Source: Patellaria atrata CBS 101060 | Taxonomy: Eukaryota | Length of the DNA stretch: 64,000 nucleotides | Assembly: GCA_010093705.1 (NCBI GenBank) | Contig: MU006092.1 | Span: forward strand, 68,623 to 132,622 | Reading direction: 5' to 3' | Shown: one piece after another, positions 11,893-23,314 of the stretch | Layout: each line of letters begins with the position of its first letter | Numbering within the stretch: position 1 is the stretch's first letter | Translations under genes and position numbers: made by a program | Notes under the pieces: generated by a model | Told to the model about the DNA's origin: nothing | What the model saw: only the letters and a program-made list of their open reading frames with translations | Database searches by the model: none

Positions 11893-13163
11893 AATGCCAC
11901 GAATGCATAGACCGCAGGGCTCTGTACAGTAGTAAACAGTACAAGTATGGGTAGGGTAGTGAGTGTGGTGGGGTAGTTCTACGTTAGACGTACTTGCACG
12001 ACTTGTAAGGTAATAATAGGTACTCTAAATAATAGGATATGAAAGGTCATTATTATATCTCTTTGAGAAGCGTGACAATTTTCCTAATTGAGGGTGTGAC
12101 GGGATGTAAATCTGAGTCTGCACCTGTTGTGAGGAGGTTATCTGCTCGTCAAACATTGATTTTGAACTACCTCACCCCCCCCATACGGTCGCTGCGAGAG
12201 CAAAAGTTTTAGTATCAGATCGTCTCTTCTCCCTGGCCGACGTGAAAAGAGCACCTGACGGCGTCAGTCCTTAGTTGTATAGTACGTTGGTAAGGTACCT
12301 TAGTATTTCACACCGTCTATGGAAAACTGTTGGCGGCGGCGTGACTTGAGAGAATTTTACTGCGGCAACTACATTTATAATAACGATTCGATGGAGCTAG
12401 ATTTAGTTCTGCAGTCTTTACGGTCTCTGCAGTCTCTGCAGTCTCTGCATATCATTTCTCTAAGCTACTCATGAAGAAATTTTCCTGTGCACCCTAAATA
12501 GATTTAAGTCCATTGCTGTCTCTCCGTCGTTTGTAGAATTACTATTGTACAATTAATTGTTATCGCGCACCTCACCTCCCGAATTGAAAATCAAAGGTTC
12601 CTGCAGGAAGATCTAACTTATAACGTTTTCTGCAAGCCGCAGCGTAAGATTGTGGGAAAGCCGACGCTTGCCATCTTAAACTTTCCGAATCCGATCAATC
12701 TTCCGCCCATCAAAGGAATTTCTCGTCCTGTCCATTAACTTTGTATTCTCTCACAATTAAAGTACTGTATACATTATTCTACAGTTCGGTTCGCTTCTCC
12801 GTATTATAGCGCTGGTCGCCACTATTAACGTACCTTACCGTACCACCTTTTCCATCCCGCTAATTCGACCTTGGTCTCGTGCTTTGTTTCCAGGTTTGGC
12901 CTACCTCACCAATGCTTGAATTTCGGCTTGTCCTTGCTGACGTGCCCAGATAGACGGTAATTCTTGTCTGAGCACTTATCATTGAACCGTTATTACATTG
13001 CCTTGCTCTTCAATTGGACCTCGCCTTGGTGTCCTGTCCATCCCTATCAATGAGTTGCGGAATTGTCGTCGAAACCTCTTCAGCACACTCCGAATACCTC
13101 ATCTCGGTGTGATTGTGGCACCCATCTATTGATCTGGGGGAGAACATCTATCTATAACCTGAC

Positions 13164-16110
13164 ATGAAGTACGGAGAGACGCTTCGACAGCGTTCTATAC
13201 CGGCATGGGGACATTGTAAGTTCCTTGCTCCGCGGTCTCTGCTCTGTTACCTCAACTGACCATTGTTCTCTCCTTGTAGACAATATCGACTATGATGAGA
13301 TCAAACATCTGATTAAGCAACATACATCACCTGGAGGAGGCAAAGCCGTCTCGATACCGGGCAGCGGAAGTACCATCGAGCACGAGTTCGAATCACAACT
13401 GTACAAGGTATTGGTGGACCAACATCAACGTATACAACTTTTTGTTCGAAGCAAAGCTGGAGAGATAGATCGACGTTTGGGTATGTCAATCGTTGTTGCA
13501 ACTTATCAGGTTGCTAACCCTCTAGAACAGGACATCTCCAGAAACAACTCGTTCAGATCCAGTCAAGGGTCCCTATACACATTCAGGGTCGCATAACCGC
13601 AAAGCGTCTCGAGAGATATAGTAAGTTGGAGAAGGATGTACTAAAGTAGGTTGACATCATACGTGATCTTCGTCATAGCGTCATTGTTAACCGATTTCAT
13701 AGGGTGGGCGAGGAGATTCGATCGTTATCACGCTTCATTGGTGCACAGAAGATTGGATTTGTGAAGCTTTTGAAGAAGTATAAACGATGGACCGGTTCGG
13801 ATTTGTTGGCGCTTCGCTTCAATGATGAAGTACTCAATAAACCCACCAGTTTCACCAATTTGGATCTGGGAGACACATTAGATCAATGGACAGACTTACT
13901 GCACACTGTCAGAGCAGCCTTTAAGACCACCGTTGCGCGAAAGGGCTCTTTAACAGCGCAGCATGCTGACACTCCTGTCCTCAATAAACCGGAGGTCTAC
14001 GCAGTAGTTGATGATAGCTCGAGTACAATTGCTTCTGATCTAGCTAGTGTGGTGGAGGGAGGATCGGATATTGATTTCGATATCGCCCTTGCGACTACAC
14101 CGTTAGGGTCTTCCGGTAACAAAGCAATCTACTGGATACACGAGGATAACGTTTTAGAGTTGCATGTCCTTTTACTCCAGTTTATGCGGCTCCTAGTAAT
14201 TAAAAATGGAAGCAACTCCACTAGTCCATCATCGTCGAGAGCACTAACAAGGACCAACAGTGTTATCTCTATGGACAAAGAATTCGATTCCGGAGAGCTA
14301 ATTCTTGACGACCTCGAAAAATTTGTTCAGCGACAAAGTGGGAACACGATCAGCGGTCTGGAAACAACACCTGGCGTACTTCCTGTACAGGCCTCAGGCA
14401 TCGCTAGATGGACGGCCAACGGAGAAGCGTTGGTTACCGTGGGTTCAATGCTGAACAGTACTCCCATTAGAAGAGAACAGGAGAGAAGAGCTAGGTCAAA
14501 ACGCAAACACCTGCCGAACTGCTTGGACCTGCAGCAGCCGTTCCTCTCGAGAACTCCTTCAGAACGGAGTTCATCCGGTGGGGATACCGGTAAGAATGAG
14601 GACATGGAAAAGAAGAGCATGGAAGAAGTGAGAGAGTGGCTATCCTCACATTCCTCAGTAACTGCGCTCGCTGGAATCTGCTCAAGTAGAGCAAGATTCG
14701 TAGGTCTCGGAAATAACAAAACTCATGGTATCTGGGCGGTGTTGGACAAGGATATTGTCATGAAGCGACATATCTTGAGCGATTTGCGAAAGAACGAGTG
14801 GACAGTTGCTGTACGCCAAGACGCCGTACGATTCCCTCATGCGGTGCTCGAAGTCCGCAAAGAAGGCCCTCTCCAGCTAGAGCTCATCAAAGCATTAGAT
14901 CAAAGTCATCTTGTGAGAATGGATTTCAATGAAACCCCGTGATCTGAATTGCTAATGATTGTGATAGACCGAACGTGTACGAGGCTTTTCACTCGCGACA
15001 CATGCGGTCTGGGCATGTTGTCACCCACCACTTATGCCCCAGCCATTCTGGGTGAGTGCCTTACAACCACATAACTTCACATTTTCTTGTTATTAACTTC
15101 TTCATTAGGTGCACCAACTCTCCAAGGATATCAGGAAACTTCCGAGTTCCAGTAAACATCAGCGGAAAGGAACGTCCACCGTTACCTTTGCCTCTAGCAC
15201 GTCTTCTTCCCAGACAACACCCTCGACGACTTCAGTCACAGACGGGCAATCCACCAGTCCTGGCCATGCTGCTGTAGACTCTTCAGCTACATCTGTCGCC
15301 GATCTATTAGAAGCGCCGCCATTAAGCGTTTTTAGAAAGAAGCGAGAGAATTCCTACCATTCGCGTCGTCCTCTTTCCAACGAGTACATGAGTGAATCCG
15401 AATTTGGTTCGACGCGCTACTGGAGCGAATACGACCATCCAGAAGACGGTGACGAGGACGGATATTACTTATACATCGATCCGAACGCTTCCTCGACTTG
15501 GCCCGGCAAGGATACGGTTACCCGCCTGTGGACCAAGATGAGAGACTTCTTGGTACCTAAATCAAGCTCTTCGACAAACATAATGGGTAATTCTCATCAC
15601 CGTCCCCTGAACATTAGTGACGACTCCGAATCATCCACGGACGAGAGTCGACCACCAAGCCGCTCCTATGGTACCCTTCCAACTCAGACAGAACCTCCAG
15701 AGCGCGTAGGATATTTTAGGAGTCTGCCTTGGCGTAAACAACAAGCAGCAGCTCGTCAACGCCAACTATCAGCTCAGGCTGATTCCGCCCTCATTGAGCT
15801 TATAGAATCCCGCGCCGAGGAGGTCGACCATACGCGGAGTCGGGTGACCACCGTATCCCTATTAGCTTCTGCAACGATCCTAACCATCGTTTTCGTTCTC
15901 GCCTCTACCGGGCGTAACAAACAGCGTGGTGAAGTCGACTTTGGCATTATGATCGGTGTTATCGCAAGTCTGTTATTTGCGTTGACCGGTATTCTTTATT
16001 TACTACTGAGGGGGAGGAGAGCAAGCTTTTGGGAACAGTTGCTCTCTACCGTTATTGGGGTCACGATTTGCTTAGCGGACGGAGCTCTCTTGACGTGGAT
16101 CTTCGTATGA
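13164..16110 (+). CDS. SPX-domain protein with a VTC-like central region and C-terminal TM helices; 6 exons
   Basis: N-terminal MKYGETL..W..YNIDYDEIKHLIK and GFVKLLKKYK (SPX); RFPHAVLEVR and VRGFSL..HAVW (VTC-type); about 3 hydrophobic helices at the C-terminus. Five GT-AG introns join the ORFs in frame, the first at 13216-13279. Confidence 0.88.
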
Positions 16111-16695
16111 AGGAAGAGAAGTAACAGCCCTTGCTTATCAGCCTTTCCACTGCATATACCTTCATTGTGGGTTGAGTGTCTGAATTGCGTGGAGTCTTGG
16201 TTTCAGGGCGGAGTACGTGGATGGATGAAAAGGTCGAGTGATCTGTGGGGATCTATCCATTCTTACAGTACAATGCTAACGTAGCTCAAAAGCCTGGCGT
16301 TGGATAAGCTTCGGGTTGGAAGAGAGCTGAGTATCACATTATCAGTGTTGTGAATATATAAAGTACGAAGAATGGAAGGGTATTGATGTATATACTGTAC
16401 GTCTCTTCTGCTTTGATTGGTGGTGATAATAACCGCGGCTAATGCTTTGAAATCCCGAACCCGCCCCGCCTTTGACTACGGCATTGAGATATTAATGGTT
16501 TGGTATCTAGATTAAGTCAATCGGAAGGAATAAAATCTACCTTAGTCGTTTGTTCCTTCTCGAAGTGGGTTGGACTTTCATACCGTACCGGGAAGTCTCC
16601 CTGCCAACACTTGACCACTTCTGTTTCCAGTAAATCTCTGCCTTGGACTGATATCACAAACACCTCAGTGTCAAGTAGAACAAAACTGATACAAT

Positions 16696-18434
16696 ATGCC
16701 TTACGAATTGAAGGGCAGGAACGTCCTCGTCACCGCTGGTTCCCGGTACGTTAATTATTTCCCTTGATATACTGTTCCTTCTTACCTTAAGTTCTTCTTC
16801 TCCTTCTCCTCCTCCTCCTCCCATTGTCTCTTTCTCGCTTATTCTACTGTCCCTTCTCCTTCACTCAGAGAACACCCCCATATCGTACTTTCCTACTCAA
16901 AATATTCAAATTTCAAAAATGTCTTATACCCATCTTCCTCCTCGTCTATCCAATGCTCGCTCATTATCACACTTGCATCTACAACATTGCAGTGTCAACA
17001 GCTTTACTCTCGCTATCTATTACACCACTTGATGAACATCAAAGAGATACTCACAGCCATTTGGTTTCTCTCATTGATATACACACCCTCTATTCAACCC
17101 CCATCCACACCTTTCGATTTCCAGACCCAAACTCAACACCAGCACCAATGCGACTCGTTTCCTTCATTGTACTGTTCGTCTGCGTCGTCATCCTTCCCCT
17201 GTACATATTCAACACCGCGGCCCGGGAGACGCAGGCCGAAAAACTGATGCTTTCTGCTCTTTACCGAGAGCTCGAGCATAGAGTACTCGCCCGAAGACAA
17301 TTTGCTGAGATATGATCTCGGATCACAGGGGTCTCGGTGCCGCTATTGCGCTCAAGTTTGCACGCGAGGGTGCTAACGTGGCGATCAATTACTATTCGAG
17401 GGTTGATGCGGCGGAGGATGTTGCGAGGAAGATCAAGGCGGAGTGTGAGGGTGTTAAGACAGTGGTGATTCAGGGAGTGAGTCTCTCTCAACTCGTTCCT
17501 GACGTGTCTCCCCTTTGGAGCTTGCTATTGTCTATGCTGACGAATCACGGAACACTAGGACTGCGGCGTGATGGCAGACTGCAGGAAATGTGTTCAGGAG
17601 ACAATCAGGGCTTTCGGTGGGATCGACATCATCATCGGCAACGCGGTATGTTTCTTACGGTTCTATTTACTCTTATGACATATATACACCTTTGAACAGT
17701 TATTGACATACTTACATGTAGGGCTGGACACGTTTCTCCAACTTCACCGACTTGGATGCTCTTTCGGATGATGAATGGGACAAGGTACGCCATCCTTCAA
17801 ACACGCATATTCTCAACAGATGAGCTTACACCATCTTAACAGTGCTGGAACACCAACGTCAAGGGCCAACTCGCTCTGCTCCGAGAAGCCTTGCCGACGC
17901 TCAACCAGAACCCAGACGGCGGCGCCATGATCGTAACTTCTTCAATCGCCGTAAGTTTTTTAATCTCGTCTTTCTGATAACAGCAAATCTGATCCTTCTA
18001 TCGTCCTAGGGAGTAAGCGCAAAGGGAAGCTCAATGGCGTACTCTGTCACCAAAGCCGCTCAGATCCAACTCATGAAATGCCTAGCCAGAGCAGCCGCGC
18101 CTAAGGTCAGGGTCAATGCCGTGCTTCCTGGACTGCTTTTGACGGAATGGGTGAGTATTTGATGATATGTGGGATTAGATGAAAAGGTTGCTGATATGTA
18201 CTACCAGGGTATGAGATACAGCGAAGAGAGGGTCAATGCTCTCAAGGCGGAGGCACTCCTGCAGCATGAGACGTTTATCGATGATTGTGCGGATGCGTAT
18301 ATCATGCTGGCTAAGAATACCTCGATGACGGCGACGAAGATCCAAGTCGGTAAGTTTGTCGATTCGTGATTGTCTTGTGGTATTAGAGATGCTAACAGGT
18401 TTTAGATGCTGGTATCTGCATTGGTAATCCGTAG
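16696..18434 (+). CDS. Short-chain dehydrogenase/reductase (classical SDR); 8 exons, 583-nt first intron (16746-17328)
   Basis: Spliced product MPYELKGRNVLVTAGSR|GLGAAIA (TAGxxGxG), GNAG, catalytic YSVTK and VRVNAVLPG. All seven introns are GT-AG and in phase. Confidence 0.92.
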
Positions 18435-18519
18435 GGGTTTGTCCGATATACCCAGTAGCTCATTCCACCGTTCACTGTAGATTTGACCACCTGAGTCAAT
18501 CCACATAGACTGAAATCCA

Positions 18520-19974
18520 TCAGTCCTCTTCTGCTTGTTCCGTTTCATCGAGTGCCTTCATGACCTCTTCCGCTTCTTGCGGGGACGTGATTCCCCAGAC
18601 CCCGCCTCCTTTAACTGCACCCTTCATGCCTACTTCCTTCCCTACGAGATTACGCCCCACCTTTCCGGGTCCAATGCCGATCCATCTTCTAATTTGGACT
18701 TCTTGATGCAGGTACTTGACCGAATCCCACCATCTGACGGTCTCTACGCACTGTCTCGCCAACAAGTCCTTCAGCTGCTCACGCGAATTGAACGGTCTCG
18801 CAGATACATTCGACACACATGGCATGATACCAGGCCACCTAATAATATCTTCCCCGTCCTGACTCTTCTTCTCCAACAAGCGTCTCATGACGTCCTGCGC
18901 TGGCTTCATCATACTGCTATGAAAGGGACTATCACTCTTTAACCTCACATGTCTCGGATCATGACCGCCGAACTGCCTCAAATGCGTCAAAAGCGTCTTA
19001 ATCCTCTCGATGCTTCCACTTAAAACAATCTGATTCTTGGAATTGATGTTCGCGATCATGACTTGTTCGACAGGGGGGACGTCCATGGCGGAATCGTATT
19101 TCGACCCCTGCGAGGAGAGGAGTAAGAACTCGTAGACGCCGTCGATGAATTCGGCAAGGCGAGACTCGTTTTCAAGAATTAGGGCCACCATACCGACTTC
19201 GCCGCCGTAGTCCTCGACTGCTTTACGACTGCACTCGGCCATCGCCTCGGCGCGTTTCTGCAGAATCCGCAGCGCATCTTCGAACGTGAGATAGCCCCCC
19301 GCGACCAGCGCGGCGAATTCCCCCAAGGAGTGTCCAAGCGTGATGTCGACGCGTTCCTGAGTGTGGAAGCCGAATTCTTGTTCCAGGACGCGGAGGATAA
19401 TGATACTGGTGGCCATGATGGCGGGCTGCGAGTGTTGGGTGGCGGTTAGCGCGGCATTGGGACCTTCGGCGATAACCTTGGTGAGGGAGAAACCCAGGAG
19501 GGTGTCGACTTCTTCCATTAGGGGTTTTACGGTTCGAGGGTAGGCGGTGGCCCATGGGGTTAGCATGCCGACTTTTTGGACGCCTTGGCCTGGGGGAAGA
19601 AAAGTGTTAGTGGTGTGGGGTTGGTTGGTATGGCAAAAGTCAAGGGAGCTGAGGGTTTGTGGTTTCCGGAGCATGATGTACTTGGTGTAAGGGCGTTTAG
19701 GGGATGGCTTCAATTGGGGAGAGGGTTATTGGAGAAGGAGTTTCGGGAGAGTACTGCAATTTGGAGACGTACCAGGGAAGAATATCGCCGTCTTGGGTCG
19801 CTTGCTACCGCTGCTGCCACTCGTGGGCTGTTCCAATGAGCCATTTTGAGTGCTTGAGCTGCGAGAGCTCAGCCTCGGGAATGATCGGCGGGAGAGATGA
19901 CGTGCGGTAGAACGATAGAGACATGATGGTGCTGCAAGCGCAGAAGTACGTGTAGCGGAGATTGAGGCTGTCAT
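18520..19974 (-). CDS. MCT1: Mitochondrial malonyl-CoA:ACP transacylase (FabD-like); 2 exons
   Basis: Arg/Ser-rich presequence, AIFFPG|QGVQ across the intron, catalytic GHSLGE, SPFHS and V.W. Confidence 0.93.
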
Positions 19975-22900
19975 CTAGGTGCTTCAGAAGTCAATATGAT
20001 ATCGAGATGATATAGGCGCTTGGATATATGGAATTGAGGTCGAGATCGAGGGGGGGGGGATGGGATGAGATGGGATGGGAGGAGGTAGTTGCTTGGCTGG
20101 CTATAGCTCGCGGCGGGCCGAGGTGAAAGGCCAAGCGCGGGGGAGTCGGGGGAGCAGACGGGAAGCCTTACTTTGTATCACTACTGTTCTACTTTGTATG
20201 TTTTCTGTGTTAAGAGTCTTCTTTTTGCGGTAACCCGACAGTAGAAGGTCGAAAATGTCCTTCTTTCTTTTCATAACAGGATTTCCGGTCTCCAACGTAT
20301 CAACCAACCACATCTTGTCGAAAAGGCTAGTTATCTTATTGGTGTTTGGCCTGTCTGCACTATTCCGTTGCCGCCGTGGCCTGTTCTACGGCCGCCTCTA
20401 ACAATTCGAAACAGCTGGTCTCTGAATGATATAGTAGCAATGCTTGTCATTAGATGCCTTCGCGCCTTGCTACGGCTGATGACATGCTTACTCCGTATAT
20501 TGTGCTGTGTAGGAATATCTTTTTCCGACGCTGGCCAGATTACTTTGCATCACCCAACTAGGAAATTGGAATACAATACACACAGTGCCTCAAGTTTTCT
20601 TGAAGAGGGCGAGGCGACCCGGTGTCTTGGTGTCGGAGTCGCAAACGTCAGCCAAAGTGTCAGAAGCAAAAGGTCAGCGCCTAAGGTAGGTAAGGTGAGA
20701 AAGGTTCTCCTTACACACGCGCACGACGACTATGGCGATAATGGCGGGAAAGAGTGTGGTTGCACTGTTCTACAACAGCATGCTGGTTTCCAATATGTTG
20801 GCGGCACCGACGACATGGATACAGAACACCATCACTCCATCAGTCCATCAGTCCATCGTTCACTGACCACTTCATCATTTATCGCTCATGCCGACCCTGG
20901 ACGTATGAGACTGGCCCCCATCTACCCTACTTCCGTCGAATCTCTTTTGCCGCCCAAGCAATTTGGCCAGAGTCTTTGGTTTCGGTCGGTCTAGAAATTT
21001 AACCTGCGTCGGAGAGATGTCTCTGCTTGTTTCTACGCTGTAGAACTCATGCTATCGGACCGAGACAGATACAGATAGCAAGAGAGGAAAAACGCTCGAT
21101 TTAACAAGACCTTGAAGAAGGACAGAGAATTGCTGGAGAAGCCTGAGGACCGAACGGTCTGGTTCGGGAAATCGGTCGGCCCCCAAGTAACCGCTGCCGG
21201 CGCCTAAGATAGAATTCGGATCGTGATACCTTTCCGAGTTTTTAAGAGACGTGTCACAACTTACCTACAGTAGTTCTATCATCCTTAAAGGACTGCGGCA
21301 TGATGATCCGTTCCATGGTAACAGACGGGTAAGGACTGTCGGTTCCTTAGTCTTCGGACTCTTGTGAGTTCTTCATTATTGGTTGGGATAGAGAGCAAAC
21401 GGTGGAGACGGAGCTACTCGGAGCGTAGGAGCGCGGGAAACTCGTTCGTCTCGTCACGCTTCATTACGGTACAAGGATTATTGGCAGGGACAACTTGCAA
21501 ATATTCTGCCGCCATCATGTTGTCGAACTACTCTTACCTACCTACTCCAAACATCGCTCCTTCCCACCTCGTTGGTTCTCTTGCAGGCGGTGGAAAGAGA
21601 AAGCAAGGACCTTCTGTCCTTCTCGAACATATGCCCAAAGACTTTCAAGTTTTCAACCATCATGTCGACTGTCTAATCCTCCCCCCTGCCACGCAAGTTT
21701 GAACACTCGTATCATGCATGAGGGACTGCATGCGGCCCCGATGCCCTAGACGCATACTACCACTCAGCGAAACAATTAGCATGTCAACTGTTGGTTCTCC
21801 GCTTTCTTCCATTTAAATCAAAAGAAATCCTCTATCCCGTACTTTTCTCAAGGCAGATCATCTAAAGGTAATGGAAGCTCTAACCTAACGGATAGAGGCG
21901 AAATACATGATGGTGGCAGCGGCAACATACCGCGGGTCTTCGGCGCATATACGGTAAGCATCGATGATAAATGTTGGAGAAGGTCATGCCGACAAGCTAA
22001 ACACGCGCCCTCTGCAGCCCGTCGTAAGCAGGCGGAAGCAGGTAAGATATTGAGAAACCCGCCTAGAGCATGTAGAAAGAGCGAATCATGTCAAATACCC
22101 ACCGTTGAGCAGGGAACACGTCCGAGCAGGGCACTTCAACCGCTGAAAGCGATTGCTTTGCTGCCGATGGCGCCAGTGGAGGGGACGGAACTCCGGGGCA
22201 GGTAATGATGGTAATGATGGGTAAGGTAATAAATTGAGTGTAATTTGGAAGGTGTAAGGTAATAGAACACCGGACTCCATTAACCCCTCCATCATTACTA
22301 CGGTATTGACTTCGAGGATGGTTTTTGAGCATAAAAGATGTTGTCTATAAATGGGTCCGCTTGCACGTTCCAATCCAGAATTCTAATTTCGGAATGATAT
22401 TATATTGTAAATCCAGCGGTGAAAAAAAAAACCATACGCACTTTCTTCTCGGTGTTGCACAAATGGTGAAGTTAACTGACTTAGGCGGTTATATAAATAG
22501 ATAACGAACGGTAAAAGTGTAAATTTGACAAGTTTGTCGAATTGAATTATTGGAAGGAGGTGCCAGGCTAAACGCTGCTACCGAGCTAGGTCCCACACCG
22601 CGTGAGCTTCGACAAGATGGGTAGGAACGATGGGCGTCTCTCAAGTCTCTCTGCCTTTGGCTGGCGCTGCCCGTGCCGCTTAACTACTACTCTTTCCCTC
22701 AGACTCCCCCATACCGAACCTTTTCACACCCCGACCTGACAGCTCTATCGCACTCGTATGCCTCTTGTACGAGAGGCAATTCCGATGTATGCTCGTTAGA
22801 AAAGCTCGTCAACGTCCCGTTCCATACCTCCAATAGCCGATTAACCGCGCTATAACCTCAACGGTCCGCTTCGTGCGCGCAATTCAGCGTCACCGCAACC

Positions 22901-23314
22901 AATTTCACGCTCACTGTTTAGGAGCTTCAGTCTCAAATATTTACGTCCGTCTTTTGCTTCCAATACATCTAAACCCAATACGACTCCACCGTCGCTTCCC
23001 GACCGAGTTCAAAACACTACCAACCGCAGTGACCTTCTAGCCTAACCTACGCTACGGATAGTGAACATCTCCAAGAACGCTTGGACGTAGCGACAAGCTT
23101 GAAAACGAAAATTTAGCTACTTCTCACTCATCGAGACCGGTTTCTAGCCCTCGAAATAAGTTAATTTGTGTTTGGTTAACCGAAGGAGTAAGAGGTCGTC
23201 GTTAGGGTAACAGCTTGGATTAGTAGTAGAGTCTCTGCATAAAAAAAAAGATTTGGGTTGCTCCAGCAGAGCAATAGTAGCATTGGCGTGAGGCAAGTCC
23301 TCTGAAGTACTCCT

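Noticed and set aside
20368..21749. ORFs of 80-208 aa in the long intergenic region
   Set aside because: Most start at TTG or GTG, have no recognisable domain and show no coding-like composition.
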